Source: a candidate division FCPU426 bacterium (lineage in GTDB: Bacteria > Oederibacteriota > Muellerivitia > Muellerivitales > Muellerivitaceae). From it: 64,000 nucleotides of DNA. The notes beneath the pieces were generated by a model that saw only the letters and a list, made by a program, of their open reading frames with translations, had not been told where the DNA came from and made no database searches. Below are positions 17,729 through 28,717 of the stretch, one piece after another. The position numbers were made by a program, and so were the translations under genes. The stretch covers positions 64,001 through 128,000 of the forward strand of contig CAWKAR010000026.1 in NCBI GenBank assembly GCA_963847625.1, in the 5' to 3' direction. The stretch's first letter is position 1, and every line of letters starts with the position of its first letter.

Positions 17729-19144
17729 TCAGCACTTCTGCATTTCGAGGCTGTACTTCTCGGTTTCCTCGTCGAAAGGCACCGGATACTTGGCCGTGAA
17801 ACAGGCCGCGCAATGCCCCGACGGCGTCCCCTCCACCGCTTTCATCATCCCCGCCACCGACAAGTAGGACAGGCTGTCCACCCGAAGGTAGGTCCGGATT
17901 TCCTCCAGGCTGTGGGTGGCCGCGATAAGCTCATTCCGGCTGGGGAAATCCATGCCGTAAAAACAGGGCGAGATGATGGGCGGCGAGGTGATGCGAAGGT
18001 GGATTTGCTTGGCTCCCACGTTGCGAAGCATCTTGACGATCTTGCGCATGGTGGTTCCCCTCACGATGGAGTCATCGATCAGGATCACCCGCTTCCCCTC
18101 CAGGGATTCCTTCACCGCGTTGTACTTGAGCCTGGCACCGAAGTCCCTAATGGACTGGCTGGGCTCGATGAATGTGCGCCCGATATAGTGGTTGCGGATG
18201 AGGCCCAGCTCATAGGGAATCCCGGATTCCTCCGCGAAACCCGTGGCGGCCATGTTGGAAGAGTCCGGCACAGGAACCACCATGTCAGCCTCCACAAAAG
18301 ACTCCTGGGCCAGGATTTGCCCCAGGCGCTTGCGGACCCTCTGGACGCTGGTGTTGTAAATGCGGGAGTCGGGCCGGGCGAAGTAGATGTACTCGAAGAT
18401 GCACTGGGAATGGGTTGTCCGCTCGAAAGGCTTGATGGACACCAGGCCGTTTTCGTTGATGAGGACCATTTCCCCGGGTTCCACGTCGCGCACGTACTTG
18501 GCGTCGATGATGTCGAAAGCGCAGGTTTCGCTCGCCAGGACCCAGCTATCCTCCAACTTGCCCAGGCTGAGGGGGCGGAAGCCGTTGGGATCCCGCACGC
18601 CGATCAGGCCGTCGTCGGAAAGCACCAGGAGCGAATAGGCGCCCCGGACCTGCTTGAGGGATTCAATCATCCCCTCGATGAGGGTATGGCTGGAGTTGCG
18701 GGCCAGAAGATGGATGATAATCTCCGAGTCCACGGTGGAGGCGAAAATGGACCCCCGGGCCTCCAACTCGTCCCGGATGCGCCTGGCGTTGACCAGGTTG
18801 CCGTTGTGGGCGACGGCGATGCTTCCGCGGGAATACTCCACCGCGATGGGTTGGGCGTTTCGAAGCTGGGAGGAGCCGGTCGTGGAATAACGAACGTGGC
18901 CGATGGCGGTTTTTCCGGGAAGTTCCTTGAAAGCCTCTTCATTGAAGATATCAGCCACCAGGCCCATGCGTTTATAGTTGGAAAGGCGGCCGTCGGTCAT
19001 CGTGCAGATACCGGCTGATTCCTGGCCGCGGTGCTGGAGGGAGTGAAGGCCCAGGTAAGTGAGTTTGGCGGCCTCGGGATGGCCGTATATTCCGAAAACT
19101 CCGCACTGATCGTGCGGTTTATCCTCATCCAACCACTGTGCCAA
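17729..19144 (-). CDS. purF: Amidophosphoribosyltransferase
   Basis: Propeptide then CGVFG, QHRGQ, GHVRYST, HNGN, VPDS, DDSIVRGTT. Confidence 0.98.
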   Translation of the reverse strand: MAQWLDEDKPHDQCGVFGIYGHPEAAKLTYLGLHSLQHRGQESAGICTMTDGRLSNYKRMGLVADIFNEEAFKELPGKTAIGHVRYSTTGSSQLRNAQPIAVEYSRGSIAVAHNGNLVNARRIRDELEARGSIFASTVDSEIIIHLLARNSSHTLIEGMIESLKQVRGAYSLLVLSDDGLIGVRDPNGFRPLSLGKLEDSWVLASETCAFDIIDAKYVRDVEPGEMVLINENGLVSIKPFERTTHSQCIFEYIYFARPDSRIYNTSVQRVRKRLGQILAQESFVEADMVVPVPDSSNMAATGFAEESGIPYELGLIRNHYIGRTFIEPSQSIRDFGARLKYNAVKESLEGKRVILIDDSIVRGTTMRKIVKMLRNVGAKQIHLRITSPPIISPCFYGMDFPSRNELIAATHSLEEIRTYLRVDSLSYLSVAGMMKAVEGTPSGHCAACFTAKYPVPFDEETEKYSLEMQKC

Positions 19145-19167
19145 AGGAAACTCCTTAAAAACTTAGG

Positions 19168-21392
<2,225 letters not shown>

Positions 21393-21396
<4 letters not shown>

Positions 21397-22091
21397 TTCG
21401 AGGCCGCCATGGCGGAAAGGATGGAATCCCAGATGAATTTGCCGTCGCTGCTTCCCAAAACGTCCTCCCCGGTCCGGTCCGGATGGGGCATGAGCCCGAA
21501 AACGTTTCTTTTCGCGTCGCAAACGCCCGCGATGTTTTCCAGGGATCCGTTGGGGTTGGATTCCGGGTTGGTCCGGCCCTGGGGGTCGCAATATCGCACG
21601 ATGACCTGCCGGTTGTCCGTGAGTTTCTTCAAGCCCTCCGGATCGATGAAGTAGTTCCCTTCCCCATGCGCGATGGGGATTTTCAAGACCTGCCCAGCCC
21701 GGCAGGAGCGCGTGAAGGGGGTGTCGGTTTGTTCCACCCGGATATAGACGTAACGGCAGCTGAATTGGAGGCTCTTGTTGCGGATCAAAGCGCCTGGAAG
21801 CAGGCCCGCCTCGCAAAGGATTTGGAACCCGTTGCAAATGCCGATCACCAGGCCGCCCTTTGCGGCAAAATCAGCGACGGACCTCATGACGGGAGAGAAG
21901 CGGGCGATCGCGCCGGTACGCAGGTAATCGCCGTAAGAAAACCCACCCGGAACCACCACGCAATCGGGGTTCCGAAGGTCGGTGTCCTTATGCCAGACCA
22001 TTTCCACCGGCTGGCCCATCACTTCCCGGATCACGTACTCGCAATCATGGTCGCAGTTGGACCCCGGAAAGACCGTCACGGAAAATTTCAT
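21393..22091 (-). CDS. purQ: FGAM synthase glutaminase subunit PurQ
   Basis: [35 protein letters not shown]. Confidence 0.97.
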
Positions 22092-22180
22092 CGAAAGCCT
22101 CTTTTAACATTCAGGGAGTCGTTCAAAATCACGGCCAGGTGGTTCAATCCCCGAATTTCGCGGGGAATTGACGTGAAGAA

Positions 22181-22435
22181 TCACTTCTTTTCCACCGTGA
22201 ACCGGTAGGATTCGATATTGGGGTTGGCCAGGAGCTTATCACAGATCTCGTCGGCCTGTTTCTTGACCTCGGATTCGGAAAGGGCTCCGTCGAATTCTAT
22301 CTCGGTGAACTTGCCCATCCGGACACCCTGGACAGAGTTGTAACCCATCTGATTCAGGGCCCTTTGCACCGTGGCCCCCTGGGGGTCCATCACTGAAGGT
22401 TTCAACGTCACGTAAACGCTCGCGTGCCAGATCAT
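22181..22435 (-). CDS. purS: FGAM synthase subunit PurS
   Basis: DPQG, VRMGK, KLLANPNIE. Confidence 0.95.
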   Translation of the reverse strand: MIWHASVYVTLKPSVMDPQGATVQRALNQMGYNSVQGVRMGKFTEIEFDGALSESEVKKQADEICDKLLANPNIESYRFTVEKK

Positions 22436-22466
22436 TCTTTACTCCAATCAGTTCAGAAACGGGGTT

Positions 22467-23762
22467 TTAAAGAACCCCAGCCCTTTTCAGGATATAATTC
22501 ACGTTCTTCAAGTGGATCGAAAGGTCGAAGCATTTTTCCACCTCCGCCGCCGTCATCCGCGCCCTCACCTCCGGGTCCTGCCGGATCAGTTCCCGGAAAT
22601 CAAGTTCATTTTTCCAGGCGTTCAAGGCGTTCTTCTGGACGATGGCGTAGGCTTTTTCCCGCGTACAGCCCTTTCCCACCAGGGCCAACAAAACCTGTTG
22701 CGAGGAAACCAGGCCCCGCGTCAGGAGGATGTTGCGTTTCATGCGCTCGGGATAAACGTTCAATTTCCCGATGATGCCGATGAATTTCTCGAGCATATAG
22801 TTCAAAAGGATGGTGGCGTCAGGAAGGATGATCCGCTCCGCCGAGGAATGGGTGATGTCCCTCTCGTGCCAAAGGGCCACGTTCTCCTGGGCGCTCAAGG
22901 CGTAACCCCTCATCACGCGCGCCAGTCCCGCCACCCTTTCCGCGGTGAGGGGGTTGCGTTTGTGGGGCATGGCGGAGGATCCCTTTTGTCCCTCGGTGAA
23001 GTACTCCTCGGCCTCCAAAAGCTCGGTTCGCTGGAGGTTACGGATTTCGGTAGCGAACTTTTCCAGGGAGCAGGCGATGAGGGCCAGCACAGAGAGGAAA
23101 TAAGCGTGACGGTCCCTCTGGAGGGTCTGGGTGGATATCGGGGCGGCCTTGAGCCCCAGGCTCTTGCAGACCATTTGCTCGACCCTGGGGTCAATGTTGG
23201 CGAAAGTGCCCACGGCCCCGGAGATCTTCCCGACCGCGATGTGCTCCCGGGCCTGTTTCAGGCGCTCGATATGCCGCTGAACCTCGCTGTACCAAAGGGC
23301 CATTTTCAACCCGAAAGTCACGGGTTCGGCATGAACCCCGTGGGTGCGGCCGATCATGATGGTGTCGCGGTGTTCCCTCGCGCGCCGTTTCAGGATGGTT
23401 CCCAAGCGGTCCAGTTGGGATAAAAGGAGGTCGGCGACCCTCACCAATTGAAGGGCCTGGGCCGTATCCACTACGTCCGTGGAAGTGAGGCCCAAATGGA
23501 TGAAACGGGAGGAGGGGCCCACGAATTCGGCCACCGAAGTCAGGAAGGAAATCAGGTCGTGGTTTGTTTTTTTCTCGATGGCTTCGATTCGCTTGAGGGA
23601 AAAGCGGGCTTTTTTCTTGATGACGGCCAGGTCCTTGCGCGGAATCCGGCCCAGACGGTTCCAGGCCGCGCAAGCGGCAATTTCCACCTTGAGCCAGGAC
23701 TCGAACTTGGTTTGTTCGGACCAAATCCCGCCCATTTCGGGCAAAGTGTAACGGGAAATCAA
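22467..23762 (-). CDS. purB: Adenylosuccinate lyase
   Basis: MISRY, GRTHGVHAEP, SSAMPHKRNP, WHERDI. Confidence 0.97.
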   Translation of the reverse strand: MISRYTLPEMGGIWSEQTKFESWLKVEIAACAAWNRLGRIPRKDLAVIKKKARFSLKRIEAIEKKTNHDLISFLTSVAEFVGPSSRFIHLGLTSTDVVDTAQALQLVRVADLLLSQLDRLGTILKRRAREHRDTIMIGRTHGVHAEPVTFGLKMALWYSEVQRHIERLKQAREHIAVGKISGAVGTFANIDPRVEQMVCKSLGLKAAPISTQTLQRDRHAYFLSVLALIACSLEKFATEIRNLQRTELLEAEEYFTEGQKGSSAMPHKRNPLTAERVAGLARVMRGYALSAQENVALWHERDITHSSAERIILPDATILLNYMLEKFIGIIGKLNVYPERMKRNILLTRGLVSSQQVLLALVGKGCTREKAYAIVQKNALNAWKNELDFRELIRQDPEVRARMTAAEVEKCFDLSIHLKNVNYILKRAGVL

Positions 23763-24024
23763 GAAAAACCCCTTTTCGCATTATATGGGCATCAGATGGG
23801 TAGGCGAGGAAGTGGGCGATGAAAAGCGTGATCAGTATATAAAGTCTTGCCCGTTCCACCAATAAAAAAACCCAACTCTTCGATGATCCCTTTGACGGAA
23901 AAACCCGGCTCAGTCCGTTGAAAAGCCCAGGTTGATAATTAGGTTAAAAAAGTAACTTCGTCAAAATTTAATTGGATTTTTCCCGAATTTGTAGATAAGC
24001 AATTTCAAAAATCTATTTTTAAAT

Positions 24025-24252
24025 TGTCATCGCGAGCACTGCTTCTCGCTGCGGTGCGAGGAGCCAGCCCCAATCGGGGCGATTTGCGACGTGGCGACTC
24101 CAGTTTGTCGTTCGATTTAGGCCGTTTAAAAAGCTATTAACTGAGGTTGTACGTTGGCCCTTTGGGCCAAGTATGGTCGGCCTGAAATTCAGGCCAACTA
24201 CTTCAAACCTGTCATAAACGCCCCGCTATTCGCGGAGCATTCCATCAAAGAC
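24025..24252. repeat. Intergenic palindromic element, copy 2 (expanded)
   Basis: TGTCATCGCGAG, GCCCCAATCGGGGCG.TTTGCGACGTGGCGAC and AACTGAGGTTG are shared with 9936-10085; it has extra hairpins (TTGGCCC/GGGCCAA; GGCCTGAA/TTCAGGCC). Confidence 0.75.
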
Positions 24253-24262
24253 AAACAATCAA

Positions 24263-25321
24263 TTATTCCTGGAATCGGTTAGCTTTCCAGAGCGCCACAA
24301 AGGCTCCCAGGCAACGCATCGCGTCTTCCGTAACGCTGACCGAACTGGCCCCCAAGCCGCACGCAGTCGAGAAAAAGGAACGCCCTGTTAATTCCCCCAT
24401 CTCCATCCCTTTTTTCGAGAGAAGTTCGACCGTATCTTCCCAACGGTTGTACAACTCCGCCGGATCGGCGAATTGGCCTTGCACCATTCCGGTGGGCACG
24501 ATCCCCCAAACGATGTTCCCCCCTTTTCGGAGGTATTTTTTCAAGTTTTCGGCGTCCTCCAGGAGATGGTCCATATATTGGGACGCGTCGAAGTGGAAAA
24601 ACTCGGCTGTTGTCTCGAATGCCCAAGGCCAGGGTCCCGGGCCGCAGCAATGCAGACCCACTAAGGCTCCCTCCTCCTGGAGTCCTTCAATGACACACGA
24701 ATGCCATTCCCGGATGTCCTTCCACCGGATTCCATAGTTTTTCGGTTCGAAATTGCGGCTCAGGAAAGGCTCATCCAGGAAAAGCACCACCGGTTTTCCC
24801 AAGACTGAGAGTTTTTCCAATTGCCAACGAGCATGTAAAAGCACGTATTGGACGAGCAACTTCATTGCTTCCCTTGATACCACGAGGGGTTTTCCTTCAT
24901 CGTCCTTGACCAGCAATCCCCAGCTCAGGGGGCCAATCAGTTGTCCCTTGACAGCGAGGATATTGCTTTTTTGCAGGCGTTCGCTTTCCTGTAAAAAAGC
25001 ATAAAAACCCGTGGCTTCATCCGGTTGGAAAGCGGCCCTTTCCAAATAGTGCCGGCGGTTTTCCTCTGTCATTAACTCCAATGCCTCTTTCATCCCCCTG
25101 GGTGAGAGGGTGAGCAGGGGTTGTTCCGGTGACCCCCAATTCAAGCCGGGCAGGCCGGAGAGGCCCTGCAGGTTCATTCGTTCCTTCGAGGATTTTTTGG
25201 GGAGTTGGGGCCAGGCCGGCACCTCGGGAAAACCCTGGATTTGCGCCTTGACGGCGGCCATCGCGTCCAATGTTGGCAGGGAGCCGACGGCAATGCGGGC
25301 GCCTTCCGTTAATCCATCCAT
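24263..25321 (-). CDS. Single-domain cobalamin-independent methionine synthase-like (core MetE/UROD fold) protein
   Basis: VGSLP, PAWPQLP, KGQLIGP, FLDEP, GLHCCG and ACGLG (putative Zn ligands). Confidence 0.75.
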   Translation of the reverse strand: MDGLTEGARIAVGSLPTLDAMAAVKAQIQGFPEVPAWPQLPKKSSKERMNLQGLSGLPGLNWGSPEQPLLTLSPRGMKEALELMTEENRRHYLERAAFQPDEATGFYAFLQESERLQKSNILAVKGQLIGPLSWGLLVKDDEGKPLVVSREAMKLLVQYVLLHARWQLEKLSVLGKPVVLFLDEPFLSRNFEPKNYGIRWKDIREWHSCVIEGLQEEGALVGLHCCGPGPWPWAFETTAEFFHFDASQYMDHLLEDAENLKKYLRKGGNIVWGIVPTGMVQGQFADPAELYNRWEDTVELLSKKGMEMGELTGRSFFSTACGLGASSVSVTEDAMRCLGAFVALWKANRFQE

Positions 25322-26082
25322 GGGTGATCCCCCCAAGGCCAGTCCGAAAAATGGCCGAATTCTTCCTTAGCGGTCAAGTTCAAATGCAGTGGCGTCACTG
25401 AAATATAACCCGCACGGATCCTTGAAACGTCCGATTCGGGATGCTCCACGGTAGGCTCGCTGGGACTATTCAGGATGTAGTTATAGTGGTCGTCCAATTC
25501 CCCATGTTTATCGAGATCGTCGATATGCCGGAATTCCCCCTGGTGGGTCAAGGCAACACCCTTGATGGAGCCGGCCGGAAGGGGGGGGACATTGACATTC
25601 AGGAAAACCCCCGGGGCCATTCCCTTTTCCTGGATCCATTGGGCCAGATTCCTCGAGAATTTCGCACAGGCGGTAAAATCCTTGATTTGGTGGCTGGTTA
25701 AGGAGATGGCGGCCGCGGGTATTCCCAGGAGCACCGCTTCCGCCGCCGCCGCGACCGTTCCGGAATAGATGATCAAGGAACCGTAATTGGCCCCTTGGTT
25801 GATCCCAGATAGTACCAGGTCCGGCTTCCAGGGCAACAGCTTGAGGACGGCCGTGCGGACGCAATCAGCGGGGGTGCTGGAAATGCGGTAGGAATAACGG
25901 ACCCCGGGCCAGGGGGATTCCAGGACTTTAAACGGCGTGTTCAGGGAAATGGAATGGCCCAAGGCGCTGGATTGTTTTTCGGGCGCCGAAATGGCCACTT
26001 CCCCGAGAGCGCGGACTTCCTCAAAAAGGGCCTTCAGGCCCGGGGCCTCGATACCGTCGTCATTGGTGAGCAAAATCTTCAT
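25309..26082 (-). CDS. surE: 5'/3'-nucleotidase SurE
   Basis: ILLTNDDG, TPADC, SGINQGAN, YSGTVAAA, NVNVP, SVTPL. Confidence 0.96.
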   Translation of the reverse strand: MKILLTNDDGIEAPGLKALFEEVRALGEVAISAPEKQSSALGHSISLNTPFKVLESPWPGVRYSYRISSTPADCVRTAVLKLLPWKPDLVLSGINQGANYGSLIIYSGTVAAAAEAVLLGIPAAAISLTSHQIKDFTACAKFSRNLAQWIQEKGMAPGVFLNVNVPPLPAGSIKGVALTHQGEFRHIDDLDKHGELDDHYNYILNSPSEPTVEHPESDVSRIRAGYISVTPLHLNLTAKEEFGHFSDWPWGDHPWMD

Positions 26083-26208
26083 GCGGCATAGGATAAGGCT
26101 AAAGGCCCTTTTTGGACAATAGCCGCGAATGAAAAAAACCTATTGGCTTTGAGGAGTCCTCAACCGGGAAAGACCGACAAACTTCAGTGTTAGCGGAAAA
26201 GGTAGCTT

Positions 26209-28602
26209 TTAAAAGAGGTCGCCCAGGTTGAAGTGGAGGACTCCAGCGTGAGGGGCCGCGGAGGTCGAAAGATCGGAATCGATGGCCCAACCGTAGTCGA
26301 GGCGGATGGCCATGACGGTGCCGGGAATGGTCAGGCGGAGGCCCAGTCCCGCCCCGAACTGGACGTGGGACTCATCGAGGTTCAAGACCGTGGTCCAGGC
26401 GTCACCCGCATCGAAAAACAAGACGCCCCGAAGGGGACCGACGATGGCATGCTTGAGTTCGGTATTGGAAACGAACAGGGCGTCACCGCCCGCCACGGGG
26501 CCCACGCTTCGTTCGTTATAGCCCCGAATGGTGTCCGTGCCCCCCGCGAAGAACTTTTCGTACAAGGGAACGTCGGTGAAACCGCGGCCCGGGAACCAGT
26601 AGCCCTGGCCCGCGCCGGCCCGGACATGCTCTCCGAGCACGAATCCCGCCACCAACGGAATGAAATGACTGGTATCCCCGATCACCTTGATGAAATTGGT
26701 ATCTGCTCCCAGGGGGCCTCCCGCGAACTCCACCGACAACTGGTGCTTCCACCCGGTCGTGGGGTCGAAATAGTTGTCACGGTTGTCGAACACGACCCGA
26801 GGAGTGAAACTGCTGGTGGTAAGGTCGGAGGACTGGATGTATTGCGGGGTGCCGGGTGTTGTGTAATAGGGATCCACGCTTCCGATGTCGACATTCTCGA
26901 AAAGATAGGTCCCGAACACGTTCCAGTAGCGGCTCAGCTTGCGGCCCAGGCTGAGGGAACCCCCGTACCGTTTTTCCGTGTAAAAGTTGGTGGAGTTGTC
27001 GTAGGGATTCGGAACCGCGGTGGTATAGATCCGGTCGGTGTCGAAAACGTCGATTCCGAAGGAAGTCCTCGTGTTGAAAAGCCATGGTTCGGAGAAGCCA
27101 ATGTCGAAGCTCGTCTGGGAAGCCCCGAACTGGACGTTGATGCTCCCGTGAAGCCCGTGGCCCAACAGATTAGCTTCGTCCAGCTTGACCGTCCCCACCA
27201 AGCCGTCCACCGAACTGTAACCCCCGCCGACGCTGATCGTCCCCGTTTTCCTTTCCTTTACGCGGAAGACCAGGATTTCCTTGCCCGGCGTGTCGCCGGG
27301 CTCGACTTCGGGGTTCACTTCGTCAAAGTAACCCAGGTTATAAAGGTTCTGCGCGGAACCCCGGATCAAATTGGCCTCGAACTTGTCGCCCGCGTTGATC
27401 ATCAACTCCCGGCGGATGACGTAATCCGCCGTCTTGTAGTTCCCCACGATCTTGATGTCCTGGACATAGGCGATCTCTCCCTCGCTGATGTCGAAAACAA
27501 GGCTTACTTTTTTCAATTCCTCGTCGTAATTCAGGGTGGGCTTGACGACGGAGTAGATATATCCCTTGTCCGCGTACAGGGTTTTCATCTTGCGGGTGCC
27601 GTCATCCAGGCTGCTTTTGCTCAAGACCTCGTTTTTTTTCAAGCCGAGGGCCTTGGACAGGTCCTCGTCGTCGAAAAGGACGTTTCCGTGGTATTCAACC
27701 CCGGCAAAAGTGTATTTATCCCCTTCCTTGACCTTGAGGGTGATGAAAACCTTCCGCCGGGTGGGGCTCAAGGTTTCCTGGTGGCTCAAAACGGCGGCCT
27801 TGAGATAGCCTTCGTCGTGGTAAAAATCCTCGATTTTTTTGATGTCCTCATCCAAAAGGTCGGGTTTGAAATTGTCGCCGGAGTGGTTGTTTTTCATTTG
27901 CTCGGCGACCTTTTTCTCGCTGAAAGCCTCCGCCCCGGTGACCGTAACTTTGGCCACCTTGACTTTCCGCCCTTCCGAAATATAGAAGGTTACCTCGGCC
28001 GTGTTGGCCTCCGTGTCCACTTTGCTCTTGACAGAAACATTAACGTTGGAATAGCCCTCGTCCAGGTAAAGTTTCTTGATGGCGGTCACGTCGCCGTTCA
28101 ACTTGGCGGGGTCGAAGGTTTCCTTGGGGGAACTCTTGATTTCCTGGAGAAATTTGGAGGGACCCCATTTTTTTTGGCCGATAAATATGATCTTGCTGAT
28201 CTGGGGGCGTTCTTTCACCTGGAAGGTCAAAACCACCTGGCCGGTCTTAACCGCTTGTTCCACGTCCGCCTGGACGTCCGTGAAATCCCCCATGTTGAAC
28301 AGGTTGTGGATGTCCATTCGAACGCGCCGGAGCGAGAAGTCATCCCCTTCTTTTTCAATCAGGTGGCCGTAAATCAGGAGGGCTGACACGTTTTTGTTGC
28401 CCGCGACCTTGATGGAGGCGATCTTTGCCGACAGATCGGTTTGGCCCATGAGGGGGGCGGCTATAGAAAATAAAAAGCAAAAAACCATGAAACCCACGCC
28501 AAGACATAATCGTCTGCATGGTGTTGAAATCGGACTCAAAAAAACCTCCAAAAAAGGATTAAATGACCCATTCAAGAACGATGAAGATAAATGAACTGGC
28601 AA
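26209..28602 (-). CDS. bamA: Outer membrane protein assembly factor BamA (true start probably nearer 28488)
   Basis: POTRA repeats, TADYVIRREL, LYNLGYF, FAGGTDTIRGY loop 6, C-terminal Phe. Confidence 0.95.
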   Translation of the reverse strand: MPVHLSSSFLNGSFNPFLEVFLSPISTPCRRLCLGVGFMVFCFLFSIAAPLMGQTDLSAKIASIKVAGNKNVSALLIYGHLIEKEGDDFSLRRVRMDIHNLFNMGDFTDVQADVEQAVKTGQVVLTFQVKERPQISKIIFIGQKKWGPSKFLQEIKSSPKETFDPAKLNGDVTAIKKLYLDEGYSNVNVSVKSKVDTEANTAEVTFYISEGRKVKVAKVTVTGAEAFSEKKVAEQMKNNHSGDNFKPDLLDEDIKKIEDFYHDEGYLKAAVLSHQETLSPTRRKVFITLKVKEGDKYTFAGVEYHGNVLFDDEDLSKALGLKKNEVLSKSSLDDGTRKMKTLYADKGYIYSVVKPTLNYDEELKKVSLVFDISEGEIAYVQDIKIVGNYKTADYVIRRELMINAGDKFEANLIRGSAQNLYNLGYFDEVNPEVEPGDTPGKEILVFRVKERKTGTISVGGGYSSVDGLVGTVKLDEANLLGHGLHGSINVQFGASQTSFDIGFSEPWLFNTRTSFGIDVFDTDRIYTTAVPNPYDNSTNFYTEKRYGGSLSLGRKLSRYWNVFGTYLFENVDIGSVDPYYTTPGTPQYIQSSDLTTSSFTPRVVFDNRDNYFDPTTGWKHQLSVEFAGGPLGADTNFIKVIGDTSHFIPLVAGFVLGEHVRAGAGQGYWFPGRGFTDVPLYEKFFAGGTDTIRGYNERSVGPVAGGDALFVSNTELKHAIVGPLRGVLFFDAGDAWTTVLNLDESHVQFGAGLGLRLTIPGTVMAIRLDYGWAIDSDLSTSAAPHAGVLHFNLGDLF

Positions 28603-28717
28603 TCAAAGGGCGGTATTCTAACACGCCTTGGGTATATCGCCAAATAATAACCGCCTATTTTTGGACGTTTCGGGAGGACAAAACGGCGCTAGGGGTACCT
28701 GGAAGTCCCTAAAAAAG

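Noticed and set aside
21397..21837. N-terminal extension of PurL in the 889-aa ORF
   Set aside because: It overlaps purQ in another frame; the real start is at 21396 or 21384.
23763..24020. Purine/ZTP/PRPP riboswitch upstream of purB or purH
   Set aside because: No recognisable consensus elements by eye; an Rfam scan would be needed to exclude it fully.
26233..28386. 717-aa + strand ORF and similar long antisense ORFs (e.g. 7602-8900, 17813-19018, 35425-36615, 62058-63032)
   Set aside because: They overlap well-supported genes on the opposite strand and are expected by-products of GC-rich codon usage.
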